From Raillietiella orientalis (taxonomy: Eukaryota): a DNA stretch of 64,000 bases. Within the stretch, counting starts at the first letter, position 1, and the number at the start of each line of letters is the position of its first letter. Location of the stretch: positions 1,302,001 through 1,366,000 of the forward strand of contig JAYWIR010000031.1 in NCBI GenBank assembly GCA_036172245.1, in the 5' to 3' direction. Made by a program: the position numbers and the translations under genes. Positions 12,200-24,799 of the stretch are shown here, piece by piece. Under the pieces are notes generated by a model. The model had not been told where the DNA came from, made no database searches, and was given only the letters and a program-made list of their open reading frames with translations.

Positions 12200-15100
12200 G
12201 TGGGAGCTTTACTGGGATAGGCAAGCGATCCCAGCGAATGAGGGGCGAAATTCCCGAAGAGATGACGGCTCCCCCCTTGAGGAAGAAGCGGGAGGAGAAG
12301 AGGGTAATCGATCGCGGACCCCAGGCCGAGCAATCAAGAGGAGCAACTGGAACCCCACCCAGCTCCGCGCGCATCCGTTCGCGTTCCTCTTTCCCGGGAA
12401 GGGCGCAGTCCTTTTCCCATCCTAAGATCGCAACAGACGGTTGAGAGGGAACCTAATTGCGATCGAGGAGGGCCCTCGGGTGCTTTTCCCCTCCCTCGTG
12501 GTCCCTCCCCTCCCGCTCCTAGCCGGGACTGCAGCTGACCTTCCATGCTTTCGAAGGCGGACATAGGGCGGCCTTCCGGAAGGAAAGAGGGTGCGATGTG
12601 CGCCATCCCTCAATGGAACATCGTGCCGTGAACGGCTGCTTCTCCCCACGATCTCTCTCCACGGGTGCTCCCCTGTCCATCTCTTCCCCTGGACACCCCT
12701 GCTTTCTCAGACTCAGGTCTCTGATGGCGCGATTCGCTCGCCCACGTACGCGGGTGTGAACGCCACATCTGTGTGCGTGGGCACGTGGCCACTTTTCCCG
12801 GCCTGCCAGCCTCGTCCTTTCCAGAGGCATCCGACATCCTGAGACGTCGCCGCTCCTTCCTGAGGGATGACGGGCGCCTTCTTCACAACATCTTTCCGGG
12901 TTCCTCCTGCTTTTCCTTCTCTTCCTGAACCAACCTGCTACCCTCTTCCCCACACCTTGTCCTTCAAATGTGGTCCTCATTCCATCACAGGTATCACAGG
13001 GAGAAGCCACGTCATGCGTCGAGATACCTGGAAACGCGAGCGGCTTCGAGGTTTCCGTCCAGAGAGGATTGCGTGGCAAAAACGAGACCGTGGCTGCAGG
13101 AGATACCTCACTGGGGGCGGGACACTGCCATTGGGGCACCACGTCACTGTCTGTGGCTCGCCCGCAGCGCTATCTTGAGCAGCCAGCATCACGGAGCACT
13201 GGCTGAAGACAGCAGCTGGAGGGAACCGATGAAGATCACCCCTGAGATGGACTCCCTCTCTCTGCGTCCGGATCCGGGGCTGCGCAAGGGGAGCAAGAGC
13301 GTCCCCTCGGGCATTGTCTGCTCCTTCGGCAGCAGCCCTGACTCCAACAGCAAGGAAAAGTAGGCCAGAGACCTCGCAGCTTCCTTGCCTGCGACACGGA
13401 CATTTGGAAGATATCCCGCGTCCCGATAGTCGGCTCTCTCGGATTCCGGGATACCCATCATGAAGGCGCCTCGAGGGGCGGAGACCCCGCCTCGGAAAAA
13501 TGGGGCGCCTCATGGTTTCCTCTGACATACTGAACTGATAAGACCCTCCCACCTCCTCCCGATGGAGGAACCATCCAGAAGATCGCCTCCTGAGAAGAAC
13601 TGGCATCAACGCCGGAGGAGGTGCGTGGAGAAAACCACACAGCTTCGTTGCACGGACGGATCAAGATGAGCAAGAGGCGGTGTTGCAGGGATTTGACCAG
13701 ATGGGCGTGTGCATCCTCTTTCCTACTTGCCAGACGCTCCAGAGGATCGGTTGAGATGTTCATCTGGATCCAGAAAGGATCCCTTAAATCAGGAACCTCA
13801 GTTAGGGCTTGCAGGCGATGACGGTGGCGGAGGCGGCAGGCTGATGACGCTTTTCCGTCGGGGAAGCGCTATCTTCGATCCGGAGAGTCCAAAGTCAAAT
13901 GAAAGGAAGAGAGCGAGAAGAAGGATGCCTGAACGCCAGCGAAGAAGCGAGGTAAATCCACATCGTGGTCACTGCGGTGCAACTTCGCAGCCGCCGTTGT
14001 GGATGCTGCTCTCTGGGACTCCACCCTTCCCTCATTCGCGGGCGCTTCGCATCCCACATTGCGCCTCTTCCCTGATAGTCTTGCCCTCCCTCCCGGCCTC
14101 TCTCGAGCTCCCCACTAGCAAAATTTTCACTTAACAGTCGTGACCACTAGGGGTCTCAGGAGGGAAGGAGGGAAGTTCAGGGGCAGATCTGGACAGAGGC
14201 GATCGAGCTCGACGGCGATGAAGCAGCTGCGGCTGGGAATGGCAGCGCGTCTTCTCTGGACGGGCCGGTTGCCGTTTCTCTGCGCCGTGCCCACTCCGAT
14301 GCGAGCGCCATCCTTGGCGAGACAAGGAACCCGACAGAGGTCCTTGTTTTGTTTGGGGCAGGAAGGCCCTGCCTTGCCGCAGTGCTTCCTCCCTGAGAGA
14401 GCACGTGGGCAGCAGCACTCCAATAAGATGGGAGGTATCCATAGACAGCTCCGGGCAACTGCGTGAGCGGCCAGCTTGCAGACGCTGCGATCCCGAGTGC
14501 CCTACCCCCGAGGACTTCTGCACTGGGGCGAGCTGCTGGATATTTCCACGGGAAGATCTACAGTGGTCTAGTACCGTCCCCCTGTGCTCTTGGACAGCTG
14601 CACCCTCCTCTCAAAGTGGCAGAAGTCGGCGTTGATGCTGCTGCACTGGGGTCTCCCGCGCAACGCCCGCAGGCATCACTGGACCCGGGGTTGTGCGAGC
14701 CCGAACTGTATCAGGTGTGGGCAACGTGAATCTCTCCCGCAGCTGTTTGTAGACTGTGGTGCCCTCCAACCCCTCTGGAAACGCTTTGCTGCGACCCTAG
14801 GAACCCCCGGCGGCAACTTCAGGGACGCTTTAAGGCCTCCCCTCCTACGCGACGCCCTTCGGCTGATAGCCCCGTTAGCAGCCCTCTGTTGCCTACACGG
14901 GATTGTGGAGGCCTGGAGCGATGCAATAGGAAAACCGAGCGACAGGGATGCCACATCCACTTTGCCTTACTCTTCATGAGGATGACAAGATGGTCCCGCC
15001 TGGAAAATATGCGGATTGAACTTGCCGGCATTTCCGAAGGGATGCAGAGGACCCTCCCCAGCAGACCATGATCCCTTCTCCCCTCCCCCTTCCTTAAGTT

Positions 15101-15275
15101 TTTTTTTATTTTCCTTTTGCTTGGACCCTTCCCTCTGCTGCTGAGGCGAACCTCACCGGTCTGCGTACCGGCAACTCGGCAGGTTCCTTTGGAAGTGGAC
15201 ATGGTTGGACCACCGGCCCAACCACACAGATTGTCAATGTTTATTTTTTATTAGATAAACGTCCCAGCGTATCCG
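12200..15275 (+). mobile_element. Decayed L1/Tx1-like element with a clear zf-RVT domain and structured 3' end (copy 1)
   Basis: 14584-14979 encodes KWQKSALMLLHWGLPRNARRHHW...SPNCIRCGQRESLPQLFVDCGALQPLW, the RT-associated zinc-binding motif (LH..LP...C..C..E...LF..C.....W). EN-end traces (VSDG..GTW) at about 12720-12790. A T-rich tract and hairpin block follow the stop. 5' limit uncertain. Confidence 0.8.
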
Positions 15276-15276
15276 G
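15138..15276 (+). other. Conserved multi-hairpin RNA element, copy 1
   Basis: Stems ctgctgag(15138-45)/ctcggcag(15175-82), ccggt/accgg with loop ctgcgt, tggttgg/ccaacca, gtttat/ataaac; homologous to 17700-17830. Confidence 0.65.
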
Positions 15277-15299
15277 GTAGCAAGACAGAGGTCCTTCTT

Positions 15300-17830
15300 T
15301 CCGTAAGGCTCCAGGCCTCCCCCTTTCCCCGTCCCTATGGTTGGTACACGCTCTTCGAGGAGGTGGACCCGGTGGCGACTCTCCCCGATGGTGGCGATCA
15401 GCGAAGAATGAACCTGGCGCGGGAGACTGGGAAGATCCCGGAGTCTCACCCTTTCGCGCTCACGTCGTCGGTTGCTAACGGAGACCCTCCGCTTGGGTTC
15501 GATCCTCTCCGCCCGGTCCGCGTCTTTCTTCCGTCACCAAGCACGCCCTGAGCCGTGGCGAAGGCATGGAGCTGCCGACGGGAGTCCTCTATCACCTCGG
15601 GCCCCCAGCCGCACATCCGGCAGTGTCGCCGCCAGCAGGATGCAGGGTTAGCCCCAAGACTCGTAGCGGAAGCAGATGGCGACGCCACGCAAGAGGAACC
15701 TTGCCTGTGGGCTCGACGAAAAGCCCTGGGACGTGTCGTTACCGAGCGTACCGAGAAGGTCGAGGACTCGAGAGGGATACCCTTTTCCCGGCTTTAGTGT
15801 ACGCGCGTCCCGAGCACCTGACAGTCGCCCTGGCAACCCGCCTACCCCTCGAAACCGCGACGACTCGCGCGTCCGTTCGGAACCCTGCCATGAGCACGAT
15901 CTTGTCTCCCCTTTCTTCCCTCCGCTCCCGTCCTGCCCACCCCTCCTTCTCCGCTCTCCGAAACTCCGCCGTTCCCGCCGCTGCCGATTGGACGCGTCTC
16001 CTCCCGCGTGTGAGCCACCTGCGGAACGGTCCCGTAACGAGATCTGCATTTGTGAGCTGCTGGTCCGGGCATCATTGTCTCCTCCTCCTCCTCCTCCTTG
16101 ACGGCCTCCGTGATGGCGCGTTCGAGGCGACTGGGGTGCGTGCACCGCGAGATGCTTTCTTGCCTCCTGCCGCGAAGCTCCCTCCCGCGTAGCTTAGCAA
16201 CCGCGCGCACCCATACAAAAAGAGGCGACCGCGAAGGTGACCGCGCGGCCATCGCCGCAGCCGCGCGAGCGCCATTGGGTAAACAAATGCGCCGATGCTC
16301 CGAAGTCATGACCGGTCAGGTTCGCGCAACGGCGTCCGTCCCCCTCCCCTCCTCTTTGACCGACGCATCTGATTCTCCTGCCGTATCGAAGAGTCCCGGG
16401 CGGAAGTGTGGGGTCTTTGGAGGGTAGAGGGGAGAGCAGGAGGTCGCTCCGCCGGGACACGAAGGCCGTGGGCATGACGAGAGCCCCGGCCCTCGGGAGG
16501 AAAGGTGTGACGGCCCGGGGTCTCTCCAACCAGCCGCCGGAGAGACCCCGTCTGCCAGGAAACTCCCTCGGAGCTCCGGGGTCGATCCACTGCCGAGGGC
16601 GGCCCCAGAGAAACCTTCCCGGAGGAGTGGTGCTGAGGAATCGCTTCCGAAGGTGACTCAATCTTGGCAGGGAGGGGAGGGGCGTTCCTGCGCCCCAAAC
16701 CACCGGACGCAACACGGAACATACCCCGAGGCACGTGCGCCAAACTCCCCCGCTCCGAATGACCCTTCGTCTATCAGAGGGCTCCCACATTTGCGAGAAC
16801 GCACTGGGGCGCAGCCCTTCATGCACCCTCATATCATCCCGAACCCAGGCACCCCAAGCGATCTCCTTGAAAGGACTTGTACGCTCCGCGTTTCGACGGA
16901 GGCCTCGGCCTCCTGAGGCTGGACCGCCTGGAGCGACCGCTCCAGTGGAGGACGCTTGCCCTAGTGGCGAAGTTTTGGAGCACGAACTGGTGCGAAGTTC
17001 GTACGATATCTGGTCAAGCGAGCCACCGGCTACGCGAAACTGTCATCGTTCCTGATGCCGCGGCGCAAACGCGACGTGTCCAGCTGCGGATTGGAGCTCC
17101 GGCGAGTGGCCAAGCTGACCAGGACCAACAACTGGATCTTCTGCCAGCCCGTGAACGGTAGTGCCTGGTTGCAGGAAACCGTTCTCACATGGGCCAAGAA
17201 CAACGAAGCGAGCAGGGAGATGTGGCAGCGACTGCTGAACTCCTACAGCAACTGCTCTCTGCAGGACGTCATCATGTAGCCCACCACGTGTGCGTGGGCG
17301 CAAAGAACCTCCCCAGCTGCGGCACTGTCCTTTCTCAGGGAGCACTTGGGCAGAAACCAGCAGGCCAAATGGGAGGTCAGTTGCGAAATAGGTCTTCGGA
17401 CGAAGGAATTAGGTAGTTGGACCATGGGCCAGCTTACGGACTCTGCGACCCTTAGTGCTTCACCGAAAGGACTATTGCACTGGAGTGAGATGCTGGGAAT
17501 CCCACAGGAAGACTTCGAGTGGCTCCCAGAGCTGAAGAACAATCGGGCCCTCCCCCTGAAGTGGCAGGAGTCGGCACTTATGCTGTTGCACTGGAGCCTC
17601 CCATGCTCCAGCTCCGGTGATCCCTTCCCTAACCCTCCCAATTTTTCGTATGTAGTTTTTTTGTTTTACTTTTGTTTTTGTTTTACCCCTCTCCCTCCGC
17701 TGTCGAGGCGAACCTTGTCCGCCTGCATGCCGGTCACTCGACAGATTCCGAGCATTTTCGGACACAGTAGGCCCAACGGCCCTACACACGTATGTTTATT
17801 TTTTATAATAAATGCTCCGGCATGACCGGA
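15300..17830 (+). mobile_element. Decayed L1/Tx1-like element, head-to-tail paralog of copy 1 (copy 2)
   Basis: GLERDTLFPALVYARPEHL (G.RQG..LSP.LF...EPL, about 15765), LYAPRFDGGLGL (about 16877), LPLKWQESALMLLHWSLP (about 17550-17600, aligns with copy 1 at DNA level), same 3' hairpin block. Confidence 0.8.
17700..17830 (+). other. Conserved multi-hairpin RNA element, copy 2
   Basis: Stems ctgtcgag(17700-07)/ctcgacag(17737-44), tccga/tcgga, gtagg/cctac, gtttatt/aataaat, tccgg/ccgga. Confidence 0.65.
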
Positions 17831-18099
17831 TGATAAACCAAGGGGTCTCCTGGATTTGCGATCACGTTAGGTTCGGAGAAGGAGGAGCTCGCCGGCATCC
17901 TTCAACGGATGCAGAGGCCTCACCCATCATGAAACGTGATCCCTTCCCTTCCCGCCAATCATTATTATTTTTTTGTTTTGTTTTTGCTTTGCTGTTGTTG
18001 TTGTTCTTTTGTTATCTTTATTGTTTGCTATAGTTCGTTTTCCTTTTGTTCTAATTTCGTTTCGTCCCCCTTCCCCTTCTTGTACGTGATGGACCACGC

Positions 18100-21000
18100 C
18101 GGTTCTCCTTTTTTCCTAATGTAATAATTGGAATCGGTGAGCCCTTTGACTCCATCGATTCCTGCAAGAAGAATAAACGCCCCGGTGCACCCAGGTGTGA
18201 AATCACGTTCGGATCCCATCCCAGAACCCCATCTCTCCAGAGGAGGTCGCGATGGGGGGTCACCTGCCGCTGAGTCCCCCTGCTCACACATGCGCGCTAG
18301 GGCATCCTGGTGTGACACCGCCTTGGCCCGCTGCTGCTCCTACCTAAGGGGCGCCGGTCGCCTTCTTCCCAGCATCTTTCTGGACCCCTCGTCTCCTCCT
18401 CCTCTTCCCCCTCCTTCTTCCTTGCCTGAGAATCCGCCTTGCGACGTTCCCCAGCCGGCCTCCAGGGGCTCTGAGAGCGACCAAGGGTGCACCTCTCCCT
18501 TCTTCCCAACTGAGCCAGCGGAGGACGGGAGGAGGGTCACCCGTACTACGCCCTCCCCTTCCTCGAGAAGGGGTGCTTCGCTTCCTGCAGATGATCTTCC
18601 CTCGACCTCGTGGGGCGCGCTAGACGATTTCGAGAGTCAGAGAAGAGGATCAGCATCGGCTCCTTCTTCCCTTCACTCCCCTTCCCGTCACTGGGAGCGC
18701 CTTGCTCTCCTCTTGTGTCCCTTCGGTTGCCGAGGCTCCATGGCGGTCCGGATCTCACGGAGGGCGGCAGCGGCAGCCCCCGCGAAGATGAGATCGTTGT
18801 CCCTCTGCACCCCTTCCGACTCCTGCGCACAGAGGGCTTGCGGGGTCGGGGAGCCCCGAGAGGGGGAAGTGAGGGGACTATTCCTGGCGCTCTCCCCACC
18901 GGGAGGAGGCGCGGAGAAGTTTCTGGAGGGCGCCGAAAGCACCCTGCTTTCCTCCCCCGCCCCGCCCGACCCTGAGCCCGTGGGCACGAGAGAAGGCGGA
19001 GGGAAGATGCCAAATGTCCCGTCGGATGGCGCGCGAAGGGGAAGGAAAGGGCGAGGTAAGGAGATACGCAGGCACTCTGGAAGTCATCTCCAGGATGACG
19101 GGTTCAAGGTCGAACCTGGGAACCCGACGCCAGGGCGTGTGCGCTGGGAGGACTCGGATTCCCTCTAGACCGGGAACGGGAGAGAGCACGTAGGCGGACG
19201 CCCTGAAGACACCCGTGACCCGGTCCCCTCAGGGAGACGCGAGTGGGCCCACAGTGCGCCGCCGCGGCGGGGCTCGGTAGCTCCTCCCCATACTCGCCTT
19301 TGCGAGGCGCTCGCGCGCCGCGCGATGGGGTTGTCGGCGGGGAGTCCACGAGGCGTGATTACGGGGTCACCTCCTCCCAGCTGTGGGCGGGTGTAGCCAT
19401 AATTGGCGCACACGAGCAGGCGAGCGGGGAGTTTCTCACGAGCTCCGGGGCTTCCTCAACCAGTACCCCGTCTCCATTCCTCAGAGTACGGCAAGAGAAC
19501 CGGAACAGGAAAGAAGAGTTTCTGGCGCTGCCTACGGGAGGTATCGAGGCTCTCGTCCTGCGGCTACTCGTTCTGGGACTGGAGGACGGCCGTATCAATG
19601 GCTCTCGGAACGGGAGCCATAAAGCCGAACCCGAGGGAATTCTCTTCGGGGCCGAGACCCCTTTCCTCTCTCCCACGTCACTTCCGCCTGCGCGGCTCTT
19701 CCTCTTGAAACAAGGCAACCGACAACGAAAGCCACAGCCAGAGTACCCATCACCGAGAACGAATCCGTGCCCACCTGGAGAAGGATCGGAGGACAGGTGT
19801 GCGGGAATTGCGGGAAGCGTCTCCCTCCTCTCCGACTGGTGTCCCGGCTGTAGGGGGGGGGAAGGGTTCGCCTCCATTCAACGCTCTCCAGGAAACAGCC
19901 AGCGCCCTATCGAGAGACGGGGTGCATCCCGACGGACCAGCTCAAGGAGGAACCCGCCCGCCCTCGTCAGCCTAACTAGGTGTCGGCGGAGCCATCGCCG
20001 CTGGAACTCGGACGCGCGCCGGAGGCGGCACGGCGCGCTCGAATCGGCTCCGCGTGAGGGCGCTGAGGGGCGCCTGCTGCGTGGAAACGGCTCCGCTCGG
20101 GCAAAGCCGCCGGAGGCACGAGCACCTTCGCCCGCCTGCCTCCGGTGGGAGACCAGCGAACGCAGGGCAAGTGCTCGGAGTGCAAGGAATGGCGCTCCCA
20201 GCCCGTCCAGCTGCCAGCCAACTGAGTGGACCTCTTGGGACAGGGCAGAGCGTGCCCGAGGAAACGCCCGATTGCCCGCTAAGGATCCAAGCGCCGAGGA
20301 GACTCGAGAGGAGAGAAGAGCCACCAACGCGCTTGCCCAAAAGACTCTCTGTTTACTTTTAAACTGAAGATGAGGTGGGTGAGTGGTCCCATACAGAATC
20401 CCACATTTCATTCCACTACGGTCCAACCAGCACGGAACCTCCGATCTTCTGCCGAGCACTCGCAGATTCCAGGCTTCTAATCTCCGTCAGATTCCGCGGC
20501 CTCTCCCTTCGCTGTCTCGAGATGAACTGACCGACGTTACCTTCCGACTTTCCTTCCCCAGAAGAATATTTCGTAGGTGCTATTTGGCCCATCCGAGCGA
20601 CCCGCGGCCTACGCAGCGTGCGCTTTCAAGGTGCAAATAGCGCTCTCCTCTTGAGAAAGGCATTGGTCCTCTCTGCGTCACCAACGCACCATTCCTCCAA
20701 GATACGATCCCGACAGCGAAGCACCCCGTCGGGTTCAGCATCCATCTGGCGATGGAAGTCGTCACCTGATGGCGAGGACCTCCTTAACCCTGACATTTTT
20801 CCGACTCGTTGCTGATGCCCTCTCGTAAACGAAACGCGTTCTTGATGGACTCGATCCTCAACCTCCTGGACATCTGTACCGCGAGCACTCCTCGCTTTTA
20901 GGCGAGGGAACTACTTCATGTTGCCCCTGCGATCCCTCCTTTGCATCGGAACACGTCACTGTACCCCATAAACTGGAAGCATGAGGTGCTGCCGCAGCTC

Positions 21001-21490
21001 ATTTCCTGGGAGACAAATCCCGGAGCCGTTCCAGGAGCGGCACGATCAGATCGCTTACGTTCCCGCTTTCGGGCTTCAGCGCAGAGAAGGCTGGTTGCAG
21101 CGCTCCCGAAGCCAGAGGGCACCGCCGCAAAAGGGGCTACGGCGATTCGTTGCTCTCGGCAGGCGCAGTCACCGCAACGGTACGCTGCACGCGCTCCCTC
21201 ATCACGATGGAGACGCATGGAGACTCAAGCGCAGCGGAGGGAGGTCACCCGCATGGCAGCCTCCTACACGAGGACAGCTGCTGGGTGGCCTCACCTGGAG
21301 CAACAGGTCAAGGCGGAGATGGCCGGCATCCGGCGCCGGTTCTAGAAGGAAGGAACAGCCGAAGAATAATTAAGTAAATAAAGCCCCCTGTCCTTTTTTT
21401 GTTATTTATTTAGCTTTTTCCCTTTCTCTCTTGTTGCGGATTTTTAGAGTGGCCGACCGGCGTGTCGGTGGACCCTCCTCTTGGACTTTT
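18100..21490 (+). mobile_element. Decayed L1/Tx1-like ORF2 remnant
   Basis: SHLQDDGFKVE (SPG.DGF..E, about 19090), LFLLKQGNRQRKPQP (F.L.RG.RQG.PLSP, about 19700), QKTLCLL..GG (about 20340), CCPCDPSFASEH (zf-RVT, about 20920), stop at 21345, then a T-rich tract and a ccgac/gtcgg hairpin at 21453-21468. Confidence 0.65.
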
Positions 21491-21499
21491 TGTTCTCCG

Positions 21500-24200
21500 C
21501 TGGGGGCCACCGCACCCCCAATTTGTTCAGCGATGGGGGCAGTTCTCTGGATAAGAACCAGCGAGCAAGCAGGGAAGGGGGAGAGGAGTGAGGGAGGAGG
21601 AAGAGAAGAGAGGAAGAAAGGGAAAAAAGCAGAAGCCAAACGCTCTTGCTGCTCCGAGGGACTGGTCTCGAGCACACGAGTCTTTCCGATCGCCAGAGCT
21701 GTAACGGCGCCAGAGGCAGATCACACGCGTGCCTTCCGGTGCATGAAGTCCAGCACGGATTTGACAGCAGCAGGGGCAGGGGACGGCGACGAATCGGCCA
21801 GACTGAACCGAGATGCAGGGTCCCGCAACCGAACGCAGATACCTCACGCGCCATTGCGCGCGCCGAAGAACAGGAACAAATAGAAGGCTTACCGTCAAAC
21901 CGTAAGGAGGGAATGCACCGATCATGGGAGGAGGAAGCGTCCGCGATCCGGTCCCGAAGGGTGTTTCCCCATTCCTGGATGCATGGTGCAGCTTGCGAGG
22001 TCGCCGAGGGAACACCGTGGGTTACACGCAGCCAGGGAGCACGCGCGCGGCTTCCACCACGATACCTGTCGCAATCTAAATCTGAGTCATCGAGAGCCGT
22101 GGTGACATTGTCCCAGGCACGTATTTTCTGCTCACTTCTGGCGGAGCTAAAATCGTGCCAATTCATCAGGAGTCAGTCCCACTCCACCTAAAAATAGAAC
22201 CCTCTGGATCTGCGCGAAGCCGAGCGCGCGTGCTGTGGATTCTTGGAACCGATTTCTGGGCATGGCGGGAAAAACGAAAGGAAGGGAGAAGGCGGGGGGG
22301 AAGGAGGGAGCAGGGAACGCTTTCGATTCCCGCGACGACTGGTCTCGTCCGCCTCCCACTCCCCCCTCCTTCCCTCCTCCCTCCCGTTCCTCCCGCCGCC
22401 AAACCAGGGTCTACTTCGGTAAGCCGCGTCGCCTACGCCCTCAGCGGCACTCTGTGAGGAGGCCGGAAGAGACTGACCCTCCCAGCGACCACTCACAGAC
22501 ACGATCTCCAGGTAATTGCTGATCGACGCGCGCTGCTGCTCATCGCGCTTTGGCGCATGTCGTGGAAGATGCCGCGGACCCCGAGGTTATCCTTGCCTCC
22601 TGAGCGCAGCTGCCAGATCCATCCGGAAGATGCCATCGGGGGAGGGGGGGGGGGACTCACAGACGTCTGCGCAGAAAGCGAGAGAGGTGTCTGTGTTCGC
22701 TCCTCCGCGCCATTGCCCCCGTGTGAGAATCGAATTCGGGACGAAGCTGGATCTCTTCCTCCCTAGGCGCAAACGACTCCGATAGACGACCCCGCTCTGC
22801 CAAACTCGGTTGCCAGAGAGACTCTCCCGCGGCATCGCCTCCTTGCTTATCAGAGGCGATCTCAATCTTCTGTTCATTGACATGACCCTGCCTGGTTGAC
22901 CTCTCTTTCCTTCTGCCGGAAAGGAGTGCGGATTGCATCGTGCCCGTGCGTCCTCTTTCTCTCTCTAAGCATCACACCCACCGCTGGGAGGATGCTGGGG
23001 ATTGGCCTACCATAGGCACGTGCCCTCTCGGGGATTCTCGACTTGGGTGCCACCTCGCACGGAGGAAAAGGCAGCAGAGTTCCCTGACCTTTCTGCCGAC
23101 GTAGTCGAGACCGAGCGTTGGGCCGAGGGTTGTCGGAGGATGACCGCTGCCTTTGACTTCTGGGAGCATCTCCGGCGGCATTCTTCCTCATCCTTTCACG
23201 TGCTGGGACACCGATTTACATTACATCAGCTAGTAGGCACAATCGGCATCTAATGCGGAGCCATAGGGATGGAACACGTCCGTGATGGGCAGCACGTGCG
23301 AAGGAGGGCGAGAGGATGGAGTTGGAGTACAAATGGACCAATAATTAAGATAGGAATGGGCCGATCCCTCGATATTGACGATCTCCGAAGGACCGAGTTC
23401 ATTTCTTCAGAAGTTTGGTTTTATTTCTTTACGATAAGTAAATAAATGCCACGTTGGGAGCTAACTCCCCTCTGGGATCTTACACAAAGGGGAAGGGGTA
23501 TTGTCCGACATGTAGTTGGGTCCTGGAGGAAGCATCTGGAGGGACAAGAGAGCGTGTCATTGGGATGCAGCAGCCTTTCTGGCAACCAGACCTGGAACGA
23601 GGCGGGAAACGTCCTCCCTTGCTTTTAGAGTGAGGAGAGGCCAAATTCACCAGCTCTCCGGAGTACGGCAACGGCCACGACGAGAATGGCCTTGGATGCC
23701 GCGAGTGTGTGGTGCAAGACTCCTGCCCACCGAGGGCGGCGGAGGCACGTCCGGGAGGAAGAGACGGCTGCATGAATTCTCCGAAGTAGCTTCCAAGCGC
23801 GAGGGGGTTTCGACCCGAAGGAAGGAGGCCAGCACAGTCCGGAGGAAGGTGCGGGACTCGACCATCCCTCCATCTGTCGCAGCTTTAGAGAAGAGCTCCT
23901 CCTCTTCTCCAGGAGGTGCAGGCACCGTTGCCTGGGAGACCCGCCACAGTGCAAGAAGCAGCACCTTCATCTGTTTCATAGGAAAGGAGAGCACAGAAGT
24001 GACCAAGGACGAGGAGGGGGGAGGGGGACAAATATCAGTCTTTTGGGGGGAAACAGATGGCAGCGCCGGCCAGCAGGGCTGCAGCATCCATCCACCGCAG
24101 AGCTTCTCTGGTCCCACGACAGTTCTAGGAAATCATCACTTTGATGACTGGAAGCTGTTCGACCTGTCCTGGAGGGCGTTCCTTGATGTGGTCAAGCCGG
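21500..24200 (-). mobile_element. Decayed L1/Tx1-like ORF2 remnant (EN + RT)
   Basis: VMIS*NCRG (EN start I.SWN.RG, about 24135), HPN...SSR (EN, about 23560-23520), AYGRPIPSIL (YRPISLL, about 23010), QSALLSGR, IASDKQGGD...LAERG (D..KAFD..L...G, about 22850), NWHDFSSARSEQKIRAW (about 22160), LRFDG (about 21900). Confidence 0.7.
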
Positions 24201-24799
24201 TGTCCAGGTTTTTCGAGATGGCTTAGTGCGTCCGTTCGGGGACTCATCTTCCTTCTGGAGTTGCGGTTCGTGGGGACAGCAGGGCATTCCTGGTTTCCTT
24301 CGAACCGGGAGGCCCTACCTGCCCCAGGGGGGATCCGAGGAGCCTTGTCTTGCTGCAGCTTCGCGACAGAGGTGGTTCCAGCCCTTGGCAGCAGCTCCTT
24401 CTGGAGGGACGTTTGAGGATCTGGATTGAGCTCAGTATTTCACTCTCGTCCATTCCAGCATCAGCTCCACCCTCTCCGGGGACGGGACTCTTGAGTCCGG
24501 CATCTTTGCGTGTGGCATCATCGCCTTCCAAGAGGACCTCCCTTCGGTTCTTTGTCATTGCCTCACACGGCGAGAAACAAACAAGAGGCGGGGCAACGGG
24601 GAGGAGGGGAACAAAGGATGATCTTCCGAATTGGGGATTCGCCCCCCAAAGTGAAACTGAGAGGGGCTGCACAGTCTTCCCGGTTCCTCCCGGGAGTTCA
24701 AGGAACAGACCAAAATCAAACGTTCCTCCAGAGGGAGCTGAGTCCGTGCCAGAGTCCTGGGAGTAGGAAGTCCTGTTCTTTCTGCTTGCAGTCAGAAGC

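Noticed and set aside
15138..15182. Hammerhead or HDV-like ribozyme call for the hairpin block
   Set aside because: No CUGANGA...GAAA core, and I could not build the HDV nested double pseudoknot by eye; left as an unclassified structure.
18128..20367. 346-aa and 374-aa ORFs as host genes
   Set aside because: Low complexity with scattered RT motif remnants; better explained as decayed LINE sequence.
20420..20460. Short similarities to 3300-3325 and to the reverse complement of 15175-15211
   Set aside because: Only 8-10 nt patches in inconsistent arrangement; compatible with chance.
20585..20640. ERPAAYAA resembling the Ty3/Gypsy RNase H motif RPIAYAS
   Set aside because: A single short match with no supporting LTR-element domains.
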